Shown: positions 58,402 through 64,000 of the stretch, one piece after another | Position numbering within the stretch: the first letter of the stretch is position 1 | How the letters are laid out: each line of letters begins with the position of its first letter | NCBI GenBank assembly: GCA_037441845.1 | Contig: JBBIRK010000003.1 | Coordinates: 32,001-96,000, forward strand | Reading direction: 5' to 3' | Origin: Candidatus Zixiibacteriota bacterium | GTDB lineage: Bacteria; Zixibacteria; MSB-5A5; UBA10806; 4484-95 | DNA length: 64,000 nucleotides | Program-made: the position numbers and the translations under genes | The notes under the pieces: model-generated | The model's database searches: none | What the model was told of the DNA's origin: nothing | Seen by the model: only the letters and a program-made list of their open reading frames with translations

Positions 58402-59496
58402 ATGGTAAATTATAATATCGCAAATCTTCCCGACGAATACCGCACCGCCAGCGAAGAGGAATTGAGACGGCGAATCGCCGCCAAAAAGCGCGAATACGGC
58501 AACCGATTACTGATACTTACTCATCACTACCAGCGATTGGAGGTTGTGGAATTTCATGATCTTCTCGGCGATTCCTATGGTTTGGCGATGGCCGCGGCGC
58601 GCCAGGCGAAGGCCGAAATGATCGTGTTCTGCGGAGTCAGGTTCATGGCTGAGGCCGCCGACATACTGACCGCGCCCAATCAGAACGTTTATCTGGCGAA
58701 TCCCACCGCAGGTTGCCCTATGGCGGATATGGCCGATACGGATGATGTCCTCGATTCCTGGGAATATATCGAATCGGTGATCGGCAAAGGCAAGGTGATG
58801 CCGTTATCCTATATGAATTCCACCTCGGAACTGAAAGCGTTCACCGGCAGAAACGGTGGATTGATCTGCACTTCGTCGAACGCCTCGGCCGCATTCGACT
58901 ATTGCCGGGCTCGGAGGGACGTACTTTTCTTCTTCCCGGATCGCCATTTGGGAAGGAACACGGCCAAGATGAAGGGGATTCCCCCGGAGAAGATCGTCGT
59001 CTACGATCCGCGCCAACCTTATGGTGGTCTTTCTGAACAAGATTTACGGCGGGCAGAAATAATCCTATGGGCGGGGCACTGCCACGTTCACACCAATTTC
59101 ACCGCCGAACAAGTGGAAAGAGTCCGCCGCCAGTATCCCAACGTAACTGTGGTGGTCCACCCGGAATGCGACGAGAGCGTCGTCGATATCGCCGATTCGG
59201 TGGGATCGACTTCGCATATCGTGAAATTCGTGGAGCAGGCTCCGCCGGGCTCGGTGATCGCAGTGGGCACGGAAATCAATCTCGTTCACAGGCTGGCTGT
59301 CACCAATCCCGATAAAAAGGTGATCGGTCTGGCGGGCGACCTGTGCGCGATGTGTTCCAATATGTTCCGCACCTCTTTGAACGACCTCTGCTTTACTCTC
59401 GAAAATCCGGAAATGGCCGAATTAATAAAAGTGCCCGAGGAAATCGCCGGAGACGCCAGAATAGCGCTCGAGAGGATGCTCGAGGTCGGCACTTGA
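58402..59496 (+). CDS. nadA: Quinolinate synthase
   Basis: HHYQ, FCGVRFMAE, AGCPMADM, YMNS, CTSSNA, CHVH, HPEC, GTE. Confidence 0.96.
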   Translation: MVNYNIANLPDEYRTASEEELRRRIAAKKREYGNRLLILTHHYQRLEVVEFHDLLGDSYGLAMAAARQAKAEMIVFCGVRFMAEAADILTAPNQNVYLANPTAGCPMADMADTDDVLDSWEYIESVIGKGKVMPLSYMNSTSELKAFTGRNGGLICTSSNASAAFDYCRARRDVLFFFPDRHLGRNTAKMKGIPPEKIVVYDPRQPYGGLSEQDLRRAEIILWAGHCHVHTNFTAEQVERVRRQYPNVTVVVHPECDESVVDIADSVGSTSHIVKFVEQAPPGSVIAVGTEINLVHRLAVTNPDKKVIGLAGDLCAMCSNMFRTSLNDLCFTLENPEMAELIKVPEEIAGDARIALERMLEVGT

Positions 59497-59568
59497 AAAT
59501 TCGATTTCTCCGTGATTAAATTCAGGCCCATTCTTATTATGGCTTGATTCATCGGGCGGATGCCGCCT

Positions 59569-60909
59569 ATGAAAAGATCCAACTTAGCCAACGGAATCAT
59601 CGGAGCCGGTGTCGGTATCGCCGCCTATTTATTGCCGCTGCCCGGTATCGGAGAGGCCGCCCATAGGTGCTTGGCGATTTTCGCGTGGGCGATTTTCATG
59701 TGGGTGTCGGAGGCGCTGCCGCTTTTCGTCACCGCTTTGGCGATACTCTTCCTCGAATCGCTGCTTCTGAAACCGGTGATGAATGTTTCGCTCGAACGGT
59801 TTTTCTCGCCTTTCTTCTCGAGCACGATCGCCCTTTTCATGGGCGGATTGGTGCTGGCTGATACGCTGCAAAAATACCACATGGATGAAATGCTCGCCCA
59901 CAGACTGCTGAAACGGGCCGGTAAGAAGCCTGCCTCGCTGCTATTGATGATGATTTTAACGACCGCTTTTATTTCCATGTGGATGTCAAATACGGCAGCC
60001 ACGGCGATGATGATGGCCATTGCAATCTCGGTTACCAAAAATATCCCCGCCGATGATCCTTTCCGCAAGTCGATGATTCTCGGTATACCGGTCGCAGCCA
60101 ATATCGGCGGTATCGGCACGCCCGTGGGAACGCCGCCGAACGCGGTGGCGCTGCAATTTCTCAATCGAATGGGAACCCAGGTTTCGTTCGTCAAGTGGAT
60201 GATCATAACCGTTCCCATAATGGTCGTGCTATTGATCGTCTCATGGCGTTTATTGCTTCGTTTTTTCCCTCCCCGTAATCAAACCATCCACTTGCCGCTG
60301 CTGACAGGAGAAAATCTCGATATGCGGCAGAAATCGGTGCTGATGATATTCGGAATCACCGTATTACTGTGGTTTACCGAGCCCTGGCATGGCTTGAAAT
60401 CGGGGGTGGTGGCGCTGTTTCCGGTGATTTTGATATTCGGCGGGAATCTGCTTAATCCGGGCGAATTTCGCAAGATCGAGTGGGATATTCTGTTTCTGCT
60501 CGGCGGAGGGATGACTCTCGGAACAGCCATCGAAGATTCCGGTCTGTCGAAATATGTAATCGGCACCCTGAGTCTCGACGGAGTATCGCCCTATTTGCTT
60601 TTTATGGTGCTGACCTCTTTCACGGTATTATTGAGCACTTTCATTTCCCATACGAGCGCCGCCAATATACTTATCCCGATGACCGCCGGTCTTCAGCAGG
60701 TTTCCGGCGGTATAATAAGCCTCGGTATCGGGTTGGCCTCGTCGCTGGCCATGAGTCTGCCGATCTCGACTCCTCCGAACGCCATCGCTTTCGGAAGCGG
60801 CCAGATTTCGATCAAAGAGATGTTCAAAATAGGCCTGATAATCGGCCTGTTGGGACTTGCCCTTTTGGCAAGCGCAGGATACCTATGGTTCAAGCTATTC
60901 AAATTGTAG
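59569..60909 (+). CDS. DASS/SLC13 sodium:dicarboxylate or sulfate symporter
   Basis: SMWMSNTA, GTPVGTPPNA, SHTSAA, ISTPPNAI. Confidence 0.93.
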   Translation: MKRSNLANGIIGAGVGIAAYLLPLPGIGEAAHRCLAIFAWAIFMWVSEALPLFVTALAILFLESLLLKPVMNVSLERFFSPFFSSTIALFMGGLVLADTLQKYHMDEMLAHRLLKRAGKKPASLLLMMILTTAFISMWMSNTAATAMMMAIAISVTKNIPADDPFRKSMILGIPVAANIGGIGTPVGTPPNAVALQFLNRMGTQVSFVKWMIITVPIMVVLLIVSWRLLLRFFPPRNQTIHLPLLTGENLDMRQKSVLMIFGITVLLWFTEPWHGLKSGVVALFPVILIFGGNLLNPGEFRKIEWDILFLLGGGMTLGTAIEDSGLSKYVIGTLSLDGVSPYLLFMVLTSFTVLLSTFISHTSAANILIPMTAGLQQVSGGIISLGIGLASSLAMSLPISTPPNAIAFGSGQISIKEMFKIGLIIGLLGLALLASAGYLWFKLFKL

Positions 60910-60918
60910 GGGAAGGTT

Positions 60919-61275
60919 ATGGAGTGTAAAATAAAACGGGAAAAATGCCCGCATTGCCATTCCGATAAACACCATAACTACGTGGTGTTCGGAAAAAATC
61001 GAAAAATTACGGTATATGTCGAATGCGCGGAATGTCATATTCTCGTAGCCCGTTATTCTTTGGAACAATACATAGACCCCAACGCGCCGTTCGAATCGTT
61101 TCTCAAGCAGATCCGCGATAACCGCACGGAATCGGGCCGCAAAATGCTGAATAATATCCAAGCTTATCGCGCAGATCTTACCGAGGAATTCGCAAATCTC
61201 AAACAAGAATGGAAAAACCATCCGGAAACCCGCCGCATATACGAGATTCTCGATGACGACAGTTGGGGATATTAG
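60919..61275 (+). CDS. Hypothetical protein with two CxxC motifs (putative zinc ribbon)
   Basis: CPHC..CAEC; 9 nt after the transporter stop. Confidence 0.75.
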   Translation: MECKIKREKCPHCHSDKHHNYVVFGKNRKITVYVECAECHILVARYSLEQYIDPNAPFESFLKQIRDNRTESGRKMLNNIQAYRADLTEEFANLKQEWKNHPETRRIYEILDDDSWGY

Positions 61276-61356
61276 TTCATATAAATTTTATAATATTATG
61301 CAATATAAACGGTTACGTCAACATAGACCGGCCAAGTAAATTTTTTTCAAAAAATA

Positions 61357-61386
61357 CTTTACTATTTTGTAAAGATTTCGTATAAT
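61357..61386 (+). promoter_or_regulatory. Promoter of rrf2-suf operon with overlapping palindrome
   Basis: TTTACT-17 nt-TATAAT; CTTTAC-N6-GTAAAG inverted repeat over the -35. Confidence 0.55.
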
Positions 61387-61406
61387 AAACCGAAAGGTTG
61401 AAAGCG

Positions 61407-61901
61407 ATGAAAATCACGGCGCTCGAGGAATACGGATTAAGGTGCATGTTGCTATTGGCCAGACAGCCGGCCGGGGCATCATTGACCTTGCCCGAAATCG
61501 CCGCCCGGGAAGGATTATCGATACCTTACGCCGGAAAGCTGCTGATGATTTTGAAGCAAGCTGGTTTGGTGAAAGCCGCCAGAGGCCGCAAGGGCGGATA
61601 TGTTTTGGCGAGGCCCGACAACCAGATTCATCTCAGCGAAATTTTCGGCTGCCTGGGCGATTCCGTATTCACCAAGACCTATTGTCTGCAACACAGCGGG
61701 GGAAGCGAAAACTGTGTGCATATGAACAATTGCGATGTCAAAAAGATCTGGACCGGTATCGATCGCTTTTTCGCAAGCGTTTTCAGCCGGGTTACTCTTG
61801 CCGAGCTGGCATCGGGGAAAATCGACATGTTCGAATCGCTTGCTTCCGGTTCTTCCGATTTTGGAGAGATCGCCGGTTCGGGAACAGCCAATAAACGATA
61901 A
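61407..61901 (+). CDS. Rrf2 family (IscR-like) transcriptional regulator
   Basis: EEYGLRCML, EIAAREGLS, RGRKGGYVL; Cys cluster YC..NC..NC. Confidence 0.92.
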   Translation: MKITALEEYGLRCMLLLARQPAGASLTLPEIAAREGLSIPYAGKLLMILKQAGLVKAARGRKGGYVLARPDNQIHLSEIFGCLGDSVFTKTYCLQHSGGSENCVHMNNCDVKKIWTGIDRFFASVFSRVTLAELASGKIDMFESLASGSSDFGEIAGSGTANKR

Positions 61902-61934
61902 TGGTTTCGTTTTATTAAATAGAAAGAGGTTGAA

Positions 61935-62708
61935 ATGTCCGATCGAAAAAACATTTTTGCATTTTACGATATCCATGTGGAGATCGAGGGCAAGGAAGTG
62001 GTCAAGGGGGTGACCCTCGAAATCAAACCCGGCGAGAAACATGCGATCATGGGACCCAACGGTTCCGGCAAGTCGAGTTTGGCTAATGCTCTCGCCGGTC
62101 ACCCCAATTATCGCATAACCTCGGGGCAGGCATATATCGACGGTAAAAATTTGCTGGAACTCGATGCTACCCAGAGGGCGAGAGTGGGGTTGTTTCTTGC
62201 TTTCCAATATCCGCTGGCGATTCCCGGAGTGACTGTGGCCAATTTCCTGCGCACCGCGGTAAAGGCTATCAGCAACGGCGATGAGGAGCGCCTGAAGAAC
62301 TTCCGCAAGGAATTGCTGGAAAAATTCAAACTTCTCGATATCGATCAATCTTTCGCCGCCCGCTACGTCAATGACGGATTTTCGGGAGGCGAAAAGAAAC
62401 GGCTCGAGATCCTGCAGATGGCTATGCTGAAGCCGCTGATGGCGATTCTCGACGAAACCGATTCGGGTCTCGATATAGACGCCCTGAAAATAGTGTCCAG
62501 AGGCATTAACACCTCGGCGCACGAACAGGGTGGAGTGTTGCTGGTCACTCATTATCAACGTATCCTCAACTACGTTAAACCGGACTGGATTCACGTGATG
62601 ATGGATGGGAAAATCGTTCGTTCGGGCGGCCCCGAATTGGCTTTGCAGCTCGAAGAGCAGGGTTACGACTGGCTGAAAATCGAACCGGTCGGCACGGTGG
62701 GGAGGTGA
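61935..62708 (+). CDS. sufC: Fe-S assembly ATPase SufC
   Basis: [42 protein letters not shown]. Confidence 0.98.
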   Translation: MSDRKNIFAFYDIHVEIEGKEVVKGVTLEIKPGEKHAIMGPNGSGKSSLANALAGHPNYRITSGQAYIDGKNLLELDATQRARVGLFLAFQYPLAIPGVTVANFLRTAVKAISNGDEERLKNFRKELLEKFKLLDIDQSFAARYVNDGFSGGEKKRLEILQMAMLKPLMAILDETDSGLDIDALKIVSRGINTSAHEQGGVLLVTHYQRILNYVKPDWIHVMMDGKIVRSGGPELALQLEEQGYDWLKIEPVGTVGR

Positions 62709-62713
62709 CGGTC

Positions 62714-64000
62714 GTGAGCGAATCTCAGGAAAAGAATCTGGGTATCGCCAGTATCGGCGACGATTACGCCGTCCAGTATGGTTTTCGCGACGTCGAAGAT
62801 TACTTTCATAAGAGCCCGAAAGGACTCAGCCATGAAGTTGTCGAGATGATTTCGCGGCTGAAGAACGAGCCTGAATGGATGACCAAATTCCGCCACGATG
62901 CTCTCGATATATTTCTGGCCAAGCCCATGCCGCAATGGGGGAACACGGCGCTGCTTAACTCGATCGATTTTTCTGATATTCATTATTACGTCAGGCCGAC
63001 CGAAAAACAGGGCCGTTCGTGGGACGAGGTGCCGGAAAACATAAAAAGGACTTTCGATCGGCTGGGGATTCCGGAGGCCGAACGGAAATTTCTGGCGGGT
63101 GTTTCCGCGCAATACGAATCCGAGGTCGTTTATCATTCGCTTAAAGAAGATCTGCGCAAACAAGGGATCATATTCCTGGATATGGACAGCGGCCTGCGGG
63201 AACATCCGGATATCGTTCGCAAATACTTTTCGACCGTAATCCCGGCATCGGATAATAAATTTGCCGCTCTGAATTCAGCCGTTTGGTCGGGTGGATCGTT
63301 TATATACGTGCCGCCCGGGGTCGACGTGAAAATCCCGCTTCAAGCCTACTTCCGAATAAACGCGGAGAATATGGGGCAGTTCGAACGAACGCTCATTATC
63401 GCCGACAAGGGGTCAAGAGTTCATTATATCGAAGGTTGCACGGCTCCGGTTTACTCGACCAATTCGCTGCATGCCGCGGTGGTCGAGCTGATCGCCTTGG
63501 AAGGCGCCTATATCCGCTACACCACCATTCAGAACTGGTCGCACAACATTTTCAATCTGGTCACCAAAAGAGCGATGGCGCATGCCGGAGCCACGGTCGA
63601 GTGGGTCGATGGCAATCTGGGAAGCCGTTTGACAATGAAATATCCTTGCGTTTATCTGGTGGGTGAAGGAGCGCGCGGCGAGATTTTGTCTATAGCTTTC
63701 GCCGGTGACGGGCAGCATCAGGATGCGGGGGCGAAAGTGATCCACGTCGCACCGCGCACCAGTTCGAGGATCACCTCCAAATCGATTTCCAAGGCCGGCG
63801 GCAGAGCCTCTTACAGAGGGATGGTGAAAATATATCCCCAAGCCCACGACTGCCGGGTCTCTGTCGAATGCGACGCCTTGCTTATCGACGGCGCCTCGCG
63901 GTCGGATACATATCCCACCATGGAAATAGACGCCGAAAGAGTCAGGGTCGAACACGAGGCCCGCGTCTCGAAGATCGCCGAAGAGCAGTTGTTTTACCTG
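62714..64000 (+). CDS. sufB: Fe-S assembly protein SufB, 3'-truncated by window (absent from ORF track)
   Basis: GGAGG RBS and GTG 62714; translation includes [53 protein letters not shown]. Confidence 0.97.
   Translation, partial: MSESQEKNLGIASIGDDYAVQYGFRDVEDYFHKSPKGLSHEVVEMISRLKNEPEWMTKFRHDALDIFLAKPMPQWGNTALLNSIDFSDIHYYVRPTEKQGRSWDEVPENIKRTFDRLGIPEAERKFLAGVSAQYESEVVYHSLKEDLRKQGIIFLDMDSGLREHPDIVRKYFSTVIPASDNKFAALNSAVWSGGSFIYVPPGVDVKIPLQAYFRINAENMGQFERTLIIADKGSRVHYIEGCTAPVYSTNSLHAAVVELIALEGAYIRYTTIQNWSHNIFNLVTKRAMAHAGATVEWVDGNLGSRLTMKYPCVYLVGEGARGEILSIAFAGDGQHQDAGAKVIHVAPRTSSRITSKSISKAGGRASYRGMVKIYPQAHDCRVSVECDALLIDGASRSDTYPTMEIDAERVRVEHEARVSKIAEEQLFYL

Overview
Bacterial chromosomal window of moderate GC with about 70 CDSs, mostly housekeeping. 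It holds an interrupted hrcA-grpE//dnaK//dnaJ-prmA-rsmE heat-shock cluster followed by uvrC and other repair/hydrolase genes, xerD plus a GGDEF gene, ffh-rpsP-khpA-rimM-trmD-rplS-rnhB, ecfT-truA-fsa-purB-psd-pssA-purS-purQ-tatA, iscU-nadA, and rrf2-sufC-sufB (cut by the window end). The middle (about 18.7-42.9 kb) is an envelope/secretome-rich accessory zone. Proteins ending in PNPFN-type (T9SS/FlgD-Ig-like) sorting domains together with dockerin-like domains suggest an FCB-related candidate phylum such as Zixibacteria (inference only). Main observations: (1) an unannotated 74-codon SelW/Rdx-family selenoprotein gene (CxxU, in-frame TGA, candidate SECIS hairpin) missed by the ORF track; (2) a putative non-cellulosomal cohesin-dockerin surface-display system, with two cohesin-like+sorting-domain proteins and two secreted proteins sharing a ~80% identical Cys-stapled dockerin-like tail; (3) an Ala-rich helical lipoprotein ending in KKK next to L,D-transpeptidases, one of which carries a paralogous N-terminal domain, possibly a Braun-lipoprotein-like tether; (4) an IS3-like left-end remnant fused to a decapitated secreted-protein gene; (5) probable leaderless genes and a sigma-54 site before a PilX-like gene. 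No tRNA, rRNA or CRISPR array was recognised. All family assignments are from motif recognition by eye; no database searches were run.
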